A DNA stretch of 64,000 bases. Origin: the human T2T-CHM13v2.0 reference genome, Homo sapiens. Below the pieces are notes generated by a model, which ran no database searches, had not been told where the DNA came from, and saw only the letters and a program-made list of their open reading frames with translations. Each line of letters begins with the position of its first letter. Positions within the stretch are counted from its first letter, which is position 1. This document shows positions 23,290 through 58,291 of the stretch, in pieces. The stretch lies in assembly GCF_009914755.1 (NCBI RefSeq), contig NC_060947.1, one strand, 5' to 3'. A program made the position numbers and the translations under genes.

Positions 23290-24110
23290 TGTTGAGAGTG
23301 CACTTATGTGCAAGTTCCCACTTTGATGAGCTGACAGGCTCGTGGGTGGAGACAACTAAAGAAATGAGATGCTTCGGACACTAAAATAATGAAAAAGGTT
23401 ATGAAATAGGGAGTCACGTTAGCCAAGGTTGTACAGGGAAATCCCCAGAGGAGGTATTGAAGGAGCAGAGACCCGAATAAAAGGAGTCAGCCATGTGCAT
23501 ATTAGAAGGGAAGAGTATTCTAGGCAGAAGGAATAGCAAGGGCAAAGACTAGAGGATGGGAATGAGCCTGGCATGTTCCCGTAGGTTCCTGATTGCTGGA
23601 GTGGAGAGAATGAGGGGAAGAGTGGTAGGAGGTGAATCAGAGCGCTAAGACAGAGACAGATCGCCAAGGGCCTTTGGTGTGTATGCTGAGGAAGAACGCT
23701 GTTGCCATAGTTCCAGTAAACAATGATGGTGGCTCTGACCAACCAGTGGCACTGGCAGTGATAAGAGGGTCCACACATCACTTCAGTGTAATAGAGCTCT
23801 AAGGTAGAAGTTTGACATTCAGAAAAAAGATGATGCCTGAGCTGGGCGTGAACCACGTGAAGAAAGTGGGAGGGATGTTCCAGACAGGGGATCAGCACAA
23901 TCAATGGCCTGGAGTCAGGATGGTTTCAAGGTAACTTCTAACAGTTTGGTACTACTAGAGTGTAAAGTTCAAAAAACCTGGTGAGAGGCTGGCTGGGGCC
24001 CCATAGGCCCGCTTGCTGGGACTCTAGGGTTGCCATTGAAGAGATTGAAGCAGGGGAGTGTTGTAGGTAGATGTGTTAGATTGGTTACAGCACCATAGAG
24101 GACTGATTTA
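23290..24110. mobile_element. L2 fragments in TBC1D25 intron 1
   Basis: Purine-rich L2-like segments (e.g. gggaagagtattctaggcagaaggaatagcaagggcaaag). Confidence 0.6.
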
Positions 24111-24346
24111 ACAGGAGCCAGACTGGACACGGTGATTCTGGCAACCATAGTTGAAGGGATATAGAAGAAGGATTGGGGGCCTGAACTCTTGCAGTAGCCT
24201 CCTCCTCACTGGACCCTGTGGTCCAGAACACCTGCCTTGATCTGGCCCCTGGCACCTCTCTGACTTTGCCTTCTACCACTCTGCACCTCACTCTTCAGCA
24301 TGGTGATGGGGCCCCTGGTGGCCTACCCCATGTCTTCTCTCCCCAG

Positions 24347-24456
24347 AAATGTGAGAGCTTCTTGCCGCCAGAGTTCCGCTCTTTTGCTGTAGATCCCCAG
24401 ATCACCTCGCTCGACGTGTTGCAGCACATCCTCATCCGAGCCTTTGATTTGAGTGG
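24347..24456 (+). CDS. TBC1D25: TBC1D25 exon 2
   Basis: KCESFLPPEFRSFAVDPQITSLDVLQHILIRAFDLSG; cag/gtgagt boundaries. Confidence 0.95.
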
Positions 24457-24599
24457 GTGAGTGGGAAGATGCTGGGGACTGGCCAGTGGGCCACCGACCT
24501 CTACAGTGGCTATCTGGCCTTTGTTTGGTAGGGTTTTTGTTTATTTTACTACTACAAATAATCCCACAGTGAACAGCCACGTATGCATGTCTTGGAGCA

Positions 24600-26182
<1,583 letters not shown>

Positions 26183-26205
26183 TATTTGGAAACATCTAGT
26201 CATAG

Positions 26206-26529
<324 letters not shown>

Positions 26530-26710
26530 TGAGCCACCGCACCTGGCCTGCTTTTTGAACTATTAATGGGTGTTTCCAAAATGCTCTCCAGACAGGTTTT
26601 ATCAATTTATGATCTCAGCCGGGCGCTGTGGCTCATGCCTGTAATCCCAGCACTTTGGGAGGCTGAGGCAGGTGGATCACGAGGTCAGGAGATCAAGACC
26701 ATCCTGGCTA

Positions 26711-27047
<337 letters not shown>

Positions 27048-27248
27048 TCATTTTGTTGTGATTTTGGAGGAATACATACACATGGTAAGAAATTCAAACA
27101 GTACACAATTGTTGGGTATTTAGGATGTTTCCATGGTTATGATGAGCATCACGCAACAAACTTCTTTACATAGTTGCACAAGTATAGCTGAAAAATTCTT
27201 AGTTGTTATTAGACTTTCTTACATAAACATTTTTGTTGTGAAAAATAA

Positions 27249-27538
<290 letters not shown>

Positions 27539-27882
27539 TGACCAGGCTAGTCTCAAACTCCTGACCTCAGGTGATCCACCCACCTCGGCCTCCCAAAGTG
27601 CGGAGATTATAGGCGTGAGCCACTGCACCCGGCCAACATTTTACCAGTTTCCAATGTGACCTCCAGATACAAGCAGGTGTGTACCTGCTTGTATGTGTTT
27701 GTGTAACAAAGTGGGTATAAATGACCTGATCTCAGGCTGCCCATAATCCTTGGCACAGTACCTTGCACATAGTAGGAAGTTGTTTTCAACGCCTTCTATA
27801 TTACCCTCCTTGTTTTGGAAACTGTCCCTGAGGCCTCCAGGGCACCAGGGGCCCTGAGAGCTCCCTCGTATCCCCTGTCCAG

Positions 27883-28037
27883 GAAGAAGAACTTTGGCAT
27901 CAGCTACCTGGGCCGGGACCGGCTAGGACAGGAAGTTTACCTCTCACTTCTATCTGACTGGGACCTCAGCACAGCCTTTGCCACTGCCTCCAAACCTTAC
28001 CTGCAATTGCGTGTAGATATTCGGCCCTCGGAGGACA
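27883..28037 (+). CDS. TBC1D25: TBC1D25 exon 3
   Basis: KKNFGISYLGRD...DIRPSED; frame-consistent splice sites. Confidence 0.95.
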
Positions 28038-28722
28038 GTGAGTACTCAGTGCCCCCAGGAGCACTGCTCTGGAACCCCTTTACCCCATAGGGTGATGCTA
28101 CCCCTCACAGTACACTCCCTCATGGTGGGATGGGTAGCAAGGTATCCTAGCTATAGATCCTGGCTCAGCCACTAGGCCACAATTTCTTCACTTGTAAAGA
28201 GATAATTGTATCTTAGAACCATTGTGAGGCCTTGTATCTTAGAACCATTGTGAGGGGAAATTCATATAAAATGCCTGGAACAGTGCATGACTGCATAATG
28301 AAGGCTCAGAAAGTGTTATCTCTAATAATGATAATTATATTGTATTATACTATTATAACATATAACCGAGTAATGTATGTAATAATTAGATATAATGCAG
28401 ATTTATAATATAGTATAACGGTATAGCTTTAGCATTATGTATTTCAGTTATAATACCTAAATATAACAATGCGTATTATAATAATGCTAGTTGTGTTTAT
28501 TCATTCAGTCATTCTGCACCCATATTCATTTGTTTGTATTCTTGCTCACTCATTCATTTGTTCCCTTGACCTCTCAGCCACTTTTTCTCTTCTCATCTTT
28601 GTTCTTCCACTCTTGCCTATTCTGGTCCCTGCGAGCACACAGATAAATTAGGACGTGGTCTCAAAATTTGATTACAGACCATACATTAGATAATTGTATC
28701 AGTATTAAATTTCCTGGGTGTG

Positions 28723-29691
<969 letters not shown>

Positions 29692-30039
29692 GTGTGGTAG
29701 TGGTATCATATCTATTGAAGGAAAATATCCTTGTTCTTGGGAAAGACACAGTTAAGTATGAAGGGGTAAAATGTCATGATGTCTGCAAATAAGTTGGCAA
29801 AAATAATGTGTTTATATACAGAGAGAGTGAGATAAAGCAAATGTGGCCCAAAAAAATGTTAATAGAGGATCTAGATGAAGTATGTATGGGTGTTCAGTGT
29901 ATTCTTTTAACTTTATTGTAGGTTCAAAATTGTTTTAAATAGTTGTGGAGTGGAAGATGTGGTTCCCAGCCTCAGGAAACTCATGTGCCCATTTGGGATG
30001 AGTCGAGCACTTTATTGATGTCATAATAACATATAACTA

Positions 30040-30285
30040 GCTAATGTGTAGTGAACACTTAGGGCCATTCTGTGCACATAATATTTTTTCACTGAATTGT
30101 CAAAATAATCCTATAGAGTAGGGACAATCATTTTCCCCATATTATAGATGAGGAAACTGAGGCTCAGAGAGGTGACAGGACTCGTCCCAGTTATACAGAC
30201 AGTAAGTTGAAGAGCAAGATTTGAACTCAGGCAGTGGCTGAACTGGCTCCAGAGTCCTTGTTCTTAACCATTTAACTCTACAACA
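30040..30285. mobile_element. MIR SINE
   Basis: MIR core cccatattatagatgaggaaactgaggctcagagagg. Confidence 0.85.
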
Positions 30286-30631
30286 TTTTGGACTTGTTAA
30301 AATTGGCAGCTTTGCAAAAGAGAGACAGAGGAGAGAGAGAAACAAGAGTCAGAGGGAAAGATAGTGACAGAGATGGGCAGGAAGCCAAATAGGAAAAGCC
30401 AGGTAGCCAGACACACAGGAACCTCTGCCACTGAGTAGCCATATGTGCTTATGTCAGTCACTTAATTCCCTGGGCCTTGTTTTCCTCACCTGTTAAAGAG
30501 ACACAGTAGCACTATTTCAGGAAAAAAATCAAATCTGCATGGCTACGAAACATGTGGAGAAAACCCCAAGTGCATGAGAACTGGGACGAATGCCAGTAAA
30601 GCAGAGAGACAGACAGAAAGACACCCAGTAG

Positions 30632-41140
<10,509 letters not shown>

Positions 41141-41199
41141 AAGCATATACGGCATACCTGTTCCACTTTTGCACAAATATTTTATTTCTAAAGTATGTC

Positions 41200-41685
41200 T
41201 GGGCTCTGGACTAGGGTGAATGAAGTTCAGATCCCAGCCCTACTATTTCCTGGCTGTAGAATCTTGGTCACTTACTATTTGTTCCAAACCTTTTTGTCAT
41301 CGTCTGTAAAATGAGAATGGTAATATTAGCGTGCACTGTTTGTGGGAGGAGGACTGGCAAAAATATGAGAGTAGGAGTTTGGGCTCTTGAGCTTGGGCCT
41401 GGCCTTCAAATTTCCACTCTTTCACTCACTAGCTAAGGGGCCTTGGGCAAGTACCTTATCATGACTGTGCCTGTTTCCTCAAAGAGAGTCATGGTAGTAG
41501 TAGTACTCAACCGATAGGACTGAAGTGACTATTGCATGAGTCAGTATTGGCAAAGAATTCAGAATAGTTCCTGGCATACAGCACTGTGGAAGCATTAGCT
41601 AGTATTATTATTTCTTATATTGCTGTTGAGCGCTTGTCCTAGTGCTTGGCACATAGTAACTGCTCAATAAATATTACTTTATATC
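41200..41685. mobile_element. MIR fragments
   Basis: ctgtaaaatgagaatggtaat, gccttgggcaagt, cttggcacatagtaactgctcaataaat. Confidence 0.7.
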
Positions 41686-41909
41686 ATTAAAATATTAGAG
41701 GCTGCCCAGCCAGTTCCTGAGACATCTACTACAAAAGAATTGTTCATGGTTTGATTTTGTTTTTTACATGATTTGGATGATACAGGAAGAGGGACTGGGA
41801 GTTGTTTGTTCCCCTGCAGGTAGCCCGGCTTCAGTAGAAGGAGAGGAAGCCGGCCCTGAGGTCTGGGTTATCATCCCCATTCTTATAGCACTTTGTTCTG
41901 TTTGCCCAG

Positions 41910-42037
41910 GCCCATTGCTAGAAGACTGGGACATAATCAGCCCCAAAGATGTCATTGGCTCCGACGTGTTGCTGGCTGAGAAACGGTCATCACTGACGAC
42001 TGCCGCCCTGCCCTTTACACAGTCCATCCTCACTCAG
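41910..42037 (+). CDS. TBC1D25: TBC1D25 exon 4, containing the LC3-interacting motif EDWDII
   Basis: SPLLEDWDIISPKDV...ILTQ; W-x-x-I preceded by acidic residues. Confidence 0.95.
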
Positions 42038-42170
42038 GTGTTTTCAGGGACCCTAGGGACCCAGCTGTGGTTGGAGGGCAGAGCCTTCCTGGCACCCTGG
42101 TTCTGAGCATGCTGGTTGGCATCTGCCCCTAGTCCACACAGCTGATGGTGGCCTCCCTCCCTCCTCATAG

Positions 42171-42359
42171 GTGGGCCGTACCTTGTCTAAGGTCCAACAA
42201 GTGCTGAGCTGGTCGTATGGGGAAGATGTCAAGCCCTTCAAGCCACCCCTGAGCGATGCTGAGTTTCACACGTACCTGAACCACGAGGGCCAGCTCTCCC
42301 GACCCGAGGAGTTGCGCCTGCGGATCTATCATGGCGGTGTGGAGCCCTCGCTGCGAAAG
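42171..42359 (+). CDS. TBC1D25: TBC1D25 exon 5
   Basis: VGRTLSK...IYHGGVEPSLRK; AAG|gtgagc donor. Confidence 0.95.
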
Positions 42360-42626
42360 GTGAGCATCCTCAGTCATCTGTTGGGTCCATCACTGCTGCA
42401 CTCATTAACAGCTCCTGAGACACATGCAGTCAGCCACACTGCTGTGGGCAAGGGTGGAGATGTTACAGGGCACGAAGTTCTCTTTAAGGAGGGGCGAGCA
42501 GTCGGAGGCCTAGCAGACTTAGAAGGAAGACAGAGGCCCAAGGGGGGTGGGTGGGTGGCAACTGATAGACATTGGGGTATGGTTTATCTGGAGAACTCCA
42601 GCCTCATCCCTTTCACCCCTGGGCAG

Positions 42627-43988
42627 GTGGTGTGGCGGTACCTGCTGAACGTGTATCCAGATGGACTGACAGGCCGAGAGCGGATGGACTACATGAAACG
42701 CAAGAGCCGCGAGTATGAGCAGCTCAAGAGCGAGTGGGCCCAGCGAGCGAACCCTGAGGACCTGGAATTCATCCGCAGCACGGTCCTCAAGGATGTACTG
42801 CGCACTGACCGGGCCCACCCCTACTATGCGGGGCCTGAGGATGGCCCACATCTACGGGCGCTGCACGACCTGCTCACCACCTATGCCGTTACCCACCCAC
42901 AGGTGTCCTACTGCCAGGGCATGAGTGACCTTGCCTCACCCATCCTCGCTGTCATGGACCATGAGGGCCATGCCTTTGTTTGCTTTTGTGGCATCATGAA
43001 ACGCCTGGCCGCCAACTTCCACCCTGACGGCCGCGCCATGGCCACCAAGTTTGCACACTTGAAGCTGTTGCTGCGACACGCTGACCCTGACTTTTATCAA
43101 TACCTGCAAGAGGCAGGCGCTGATGACCTCTTCTTCTGTTACCGCTGGCTGCTGCTGGAACTCAAGCGTGAGTTCGCCTTCGACGATGCCCTCCGCATGC
43201 TTGAGGTCACTTGGAGTTCGCTGCCCCCTGATCCTCCTGAACATGAGGTAGAGCTGGTTGGACCCCCCAGCCAAGTGGCAGACGCTGGTTTTGGTGGCCA
43301 CAGGGGGTGGCCCGTGCGACAGAGGCACATGCTGAGGCCTGCTGGTGGAGGAGGTAGTACCTTTGAAGATGCTGTTGACCACCTGGCCACAGCCAGTCAG
43401 GGGCCTGGTGGTGGGGGGCGTCTCCTGAGACAGGCCAGCTTGGATGGCCTCCAGCAACTCAGGGATAACATGGGCTCCAGGAGGGACCCTCTGGTCCAGC
43501 TGCCCCACCCAGCTGCCCTTATCAGCTCCAAGTCCCTCTCTGAGCCTTTATTGAACTCCCCAGACCCACTGCTCTCCTCCTTTTCCCACCCTGATTCCCC
43601 ATCTTCCTCATCTCCACCATCCACCCAGGAGGCCTCTCCCACTGGTGATATGGCTGTAGGATCCCCCTTGATGCAAGAGGTAGGCTCCCCGAAAGACCCT
43701 GGAAAGTCCCTGCCACCTGTACCACCAATGGGCCTGCCCCCACCCCAGGAGTTTGGCCGGGGGAACCCATTCATGCTGTTCCTCTGCCTGGCCATCCTGC
43801 TGGAGCACCGCGACCACATCATGCGCAATGGGCTGGATTATAATGAGCTGGCCATGCACTTTGACCGCCTTGTGCGAAAACACCACCTGGGGCGCGTCCT
43901 GCGCCGGGCTAGGGCTCTCTTTGCTGATTACCTGCAGTCAGAGGTGTGGGACTCAGAGGAGGGGGCTGAGGCCACAGCCGCATCTTGA
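42627..43988 (+). CDS. TBC1D25: TBC1D25 exon 6 coding part (TBC/Rab-GAP domain)
   Basis: VLKDVLRTDR (arginine finger) and YCQGM (glutamine finger); total CDS 123+110+155+128+189+1362=2067 nt = 688 aa. Confidence 0.97.
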   Translation: MVWRYLLNVYPDGLTGRERMDYMKRKSREYEQLKSEWAQRANPEDLEFIRSTVLKDVLRTDRAHPYYAGPEDGPHLRALHDLLTTYAVTHPQVSYCQGMSDLASPILAVMDHEGHAFVCFCGIMKRLAANFHPDGRAMATKFAHLKLLLRHADPDFYQYLQEAGADDLFFCYRWLLLELKREFAFDDALRMLEVTWSSLPPDPPEHEVELVGPPSQVADAGFGGHRGWPVRQRHMLRPAGGGGSTFEDAVDHLATASQGPGGGGRLLRQASLDGLQQLRDNMGSRRDPLVQLPHPAALISSKSLSEPLLNSPDPLLSSFSHPDSPSSSSPPSTQEASPTGDMAVGSPLMQEVGSPKDPGKSLPPVPPMGLPPPQEFGRGNPFMLFLCLAILLEHRDHIMRNGLDYNELAMHFDRLVRKHHLGRVLRRARALFADYLQSEVWDSEEGAEATAAS

Positions 43989-44715
43989 TCAGGCTTTCTC
44001 AAGCCCTCCATCGGCCCCACCAGATCTCCATTCTTTGCCATGAGGGCCAACACATGAGACCCCACCTCCCTCCCTGCCTGCCAGCCCTAGACTTGTTGGA
44101 GCATAGAGCCCTTCCTCCCCAGGCCTAAGTATGTGGAGCTCTGCTTTGGCACTGCCCCGCAGAGGCCACGCCTATTTATTCTGTTTCTGTTGTTTTGTTT
44201 TTAACAACTATACTTTGCACACATGAAGGTCACTGTGGTTTGTGTGTTTCTCTGCCTCCTCCCTGGGTTTTGCTGTAGATGGAGTCCTCAGGGGCCCTTT
44301 ACCTGATGGAGGGGAAATACTTCACTTGGTGGAGAGAGGCTCCAGCTTCCCCCTTGTGATGGGGAGAGTGGATGCTGACAATCAGTTCCCAAAGGTGAGC
44401 CCAGGTGGAGCACTGCTTGAGGAAGGCCTGAGTCTGTTTTTTTGGTACATCCATCGGCCTGTAAGGGTCTGTATTATGGCTGTGAATATATGTTTTCAGG
44501 ACAGCCCCCTGGATGAGAGATAAGAGAGTTCCTGGCTCAAAAAAGGACAAGATTCTTTACTGAGATTGGGAAGTATGGGCTACTTAGAAACGTTGGAGCA
44601 GCCACCCCTGGCATTCCACATGTCACCATTTCTAGGATCTTGGCCTCTCTGTGAGGTTTATGCACCAATGCTGGCAGCCCTGGGCAGGGGCCTCGGCCTC
44701 CTTTTTGTTTTCCAC

Positions 44716-44814
44716 TTCAGACAGGTACCGTGCAGATGTTAACAAGGTTTGAGCGAGGTGCATCTCACACAAGTGTGAAAGCCCAATCATCACATTGTTG
44801 AATTACAAAAGGAT
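44716..44814 (-). pseudogene. U13 snoRNA (SNORD13) retrocopy, antisense within the TBC1D25 3'UTR
   Basis: Reverse complement ATCCTTTTGTAATTCAACAATGTGATGATTGGGCTTTCACACTTGTGTGAGATGCACC...GTCTGAA aligns over the full length of U13; box C GTGATGA and box D CTGA retained; short A-rich tail. Confidence 0.88.
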
Positions 44815-45169
44815 CTAGGGCTCCTATTCTTGTCACTTGCTTTGGAGCCAGTTTGAAAGACTGGCCTAGCCCATGCCTAGCGGCCCTAAACTGGGATTCC
44901 AGCTCACAGCACCTGTCTTAACCATTTCAGCAGTAGAAACCACTTATTTACCTTCTCCATCTCACTAATATGGACAAACAACAAGCACTGATAAAACGCA
45001 GGCCCTAATAGAATTCACTTCGTTATTTGGAGGATAATGATCAAAAAAAGGTCCTTTTTCCCACTGACATGCTCAGAGGGTGGGATTCTCTCACAGGCCA
45101 GGTGCTGTCATCCACAAAGGATGGGTGAAATAACTGGGGTCCTCAGGTCACGGTCTAGCCACACCAGCT

Positions 45170-45255
45170 TCTCCCAAGTACTAACCAGGCTTGACCCTGC
45201 TTAGCTTCAGAGGTCAGACAAGATCTGGCATGTTCAGGATGGTATGGCTGTAGAC
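45170..45255 (-). pseudogene. 3'-truncated 5S rRNA pseudogene, antisense within the TBC1D25 3'UTR
   Basis: Reverse complement GTCTACAGCCATACCATCCTGAACATGCCAGATCTTGTCTGACCTCTGAAGCTAAGCAGGGTCAAGCCTGGTTAGTACTTGGGAGA matches 5S nt 1 to ~90 with CpG decay. Confidence 0.92.
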
Positions 45256-45602
45256 CAGGCTGGGTTCTGGCCAGAGCTGTTGCACTAGGCAATGCTGCCA
45301 GAGATGAGGAGGCATCAGGGCAGTCATCCCTTCTGCTGTTTGCCCCAAGAATGCCATACAAACCTGGGGATGACCCTTAAAAGTCTCCCGTCACCCCCAG
45401 TATTGGGGGGAAGCTGACTATTCCTCAGATGATAGCCCAGTCACTTGAAGAACAGGACAAGACTATTCTGTGTCTAGGGGGCTCAAGCACTGTGTGTGGG
45501 TCTAACGAATGCATTTTGTGGAAATGGGCTCAGACTCCCCAAAGGGCCATCCAACCTATGGGAGTGTCTGGCCTTCTGAGGTCCTGAAATGTCTCTTTTG
45601 TC

Positions 45603-45608
45603 AGTAAA
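45603..45608 (+). terminator. TBC1D25: Probable TBC1D25 polyA signal (variant AGTAAA)
   Basis: No AATAAA noticed in the preceding UTR; AGTAAA is followed by U/GU-rich sequence. Confidence 0.55.
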
Positions 45609-46156
45609 CAGCTAATACCCTCTGGGATGCATTCTGTGATTTATGAGCTCAGGTGTTTGAAGGACCAGACAAGCCAATTCTGTGGATAGTAGTTTGGGAC
45701 CTCTGAGAGATAGAAGAGTCCTTTCTGTGAATAGGAGGCTCAGATACCCTGAAAGGCAGAAACCTCTAATATTCCTCTAGGATACTTGGGGTTTCTGGTT
45801 CCTGCAAAGATGGCAGACAGCACAAGCTACTGATTCCTTTGCCCGAAACCAACTCTGGAGAAACTAGAGAGGGAAACATGGGTTCCAGAAATTGCAACAT
45901 AGCAATGAGAGACCCATGGGGAAATGGAAGGCTGTCTTTAACTGGTGTGTGTTTTGACGGGCGGATGGCCAGAGGCAGTAAATAGAGGATAGGTTAGGGA
46001 AAAAGATATTTAAGTTCTGGCTCTCACCTCTCCCCTATATTGCCTTGGGGAGGTCCTTGTTTGCCCCCTTCATTGCATTAATCATCCAAACCACTGGTAC
46101 ACATGTCTGGGGGACTAGGATCAGGGCAGCAAGGGCCCTGCAGGGGAAAGAAATAG

Positions 46157-56782
<10,626 letters not shown>

Positions 56783-57299
56783 CATCCTGTTTTGTAAAAG
56801 CCATCTCAGGCAGTCTATTGGTGAGAAAATTAAGGGGCTGGCTTCACGCCAGCAGTCAGACAAGGGTGAGGGCTGAAGTCAGAGATGAGATGGAATGACG
56901 CCAGGGAAAAGGGTCCCATGACAGGCGGCTAGATGTTGAGCACAGAGGAGAAAGAGTAGGAGTCAGGGTCAAACCTTAAAACGTTGGGTCTGACATCATG
57001 GACTGTGAAGGGTGATGACATCAGTGACGGTGGGGGATAAAATGTCAGGCCTTTAAAGGGTATGAGGTTAAAGAACTAGAAGGTGAAGGAGGTTAACATC
57101 AGAGAATGGCAGGGACCTAGAGGAAGACGACTACGATGGTGAGGAAGACATCCGATCCAGCGGGGGAAATGATGGCAAGGACGGGAGGATGATGTCAGGG
57201 ACAGCAAGTAGTATGAGATTGAGAAGGTTCCTTTGTGGAAGGGATAAAGGCAGCTCAGCCGGTTGTGGGGGGGATGCTGACGTTTAGGGTGCACCAGCT

Positions 57300-57980
57300 G
57301 TTCAAAAGTCGACCCCATTTCCGGAAACACCCCATTTCCGGAAACACCCCATTTCGCGGAGAACACTGCTCCCTTCGCTTTGCTGTCCCTTCCTCTCCCC
57401 ACCACTCCGCCCCTGCTGGCCTCAGCCAATCAGCACGCACGCCGGGACGCGCAAGGGGAACGTTCCGGGACGTTCTCGCTACGTACTCTTTATCAATCGT
57501 CTTCCGGCGCAGCCCCGTCCCTGTTTTTTGTGCTCCTCCGAGCTCGCTGTTCGTCCGGGTTTTTTACGTTTTAATTTCCAGGTAAGTTGCATATGTCCTG
57601 CGAAACGGCGGCTCCTCGCCACACACGCGCCGCGCCGGCCGTGACCGGGGAATAGCGAGTGGGGAGAGTAATGGCCACTGACACGTAGGCTTGGCTTTCT
57701 CTGGGACGGGCGGGTCCCGTGCTTGGAGGTGAAACATTTCGGTTGGTGGGAGGCCGGCGCGCTGTATCTGAGTGTGAGGCCTACCGGGAGGGACTGGTGG
57801 CGTCGGTGGTGGCAGTGACCACGCGACAGCCGACACTTACTTTCCTTATCCCACGTGGCCGCCGCCATCTTGTTCTGCCGGCGTTAAGGGAACGCAGGGA
57901 TGTTCTGGGCTTGCGCAGTGGCACAAAATGACGGGCGTGGCGGCTATGAATGTGAGAGCATGCGCAATGTGGCCCCCTAA
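57300..57980 (+). promoter_or_regulatory. RBM3: RBM3 CpG-island promoter and first intron: tandem TTTCCGGAAA, GC box, CCAAT (~57426), HSE-like array (57457-57476), E-box CCACGTGG (57851) and YY1 GCCGCCATCTTG (57861)
   Basis: CpG-rich region with direct motif matches. Confidence 0.85.
57497..57581 (+). other. RBM3: RBM3 non-coding exon 1 (start approximate)
   Basis: Consensus donor CAG|gtaagt at 57582. Confidence 0.75.
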
Positions 57981-58188
57981 TGGTGGCTGCGCTGAGCCAG
58001 CTCCTCAGATTACCACCTTATTGGCCGCCTTTCTCAGCTTTTCTGTAGTTACCCATATTTTGTTCCTCTTTCTTGTCTATTTTCTGTGCTTTTTCTCTGC
58101 TTTCCGTCTCGCTATTTTGTCACATCTCCATTTTCTTTCTCCTTCCTGTCACCATTCTTCATGTTCTTCCCACAGGACTTGAACTGCC

Positions 58189-58291
58189 ATGTCCTCTGAA
58201 GAAGGAAAGCTCTTCGTGGGAGGGCTCAACTTTAACACCGACGAGCAGGCACTGGAAGACCACTTCAGCAGTTTCGGACCTATCTCTGAGG
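58189..58291 (+). CDS. RBM3: RBM3 (cold-inducible RRM-RGG RNA-binding protein), exon 2 coding part; exon starts at 58176
   Basis: gcc[37 protein letters not shown], with RNP2 LFVGGL. Confidence 0.97.

Noticed and set aside
28310-28490. TA-rich stretch (also 36240-36290)
   Set aside because: Ordinary AT-rich low-complexity sequence with no structure beyond composition
42936-43886. Long antisense ORFs opposite TBC1D25 exon 6
   Set aside because: Shadow frames of a GC-rich coding exon
42171-43988. 605-aa single-exon ORF in the track
   Set aside because: It is TBC1D25 exon 5 plus the in-frame intron plus exon 6; its 'start' is a GTG at a splice acceptor, so it is not a separate gene
45170-45255. 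Functional 5S rRNA gene
   Set aside because: Truncated by ~30 nt, CpG-decayed, box C damaged and no oligo-T terminator
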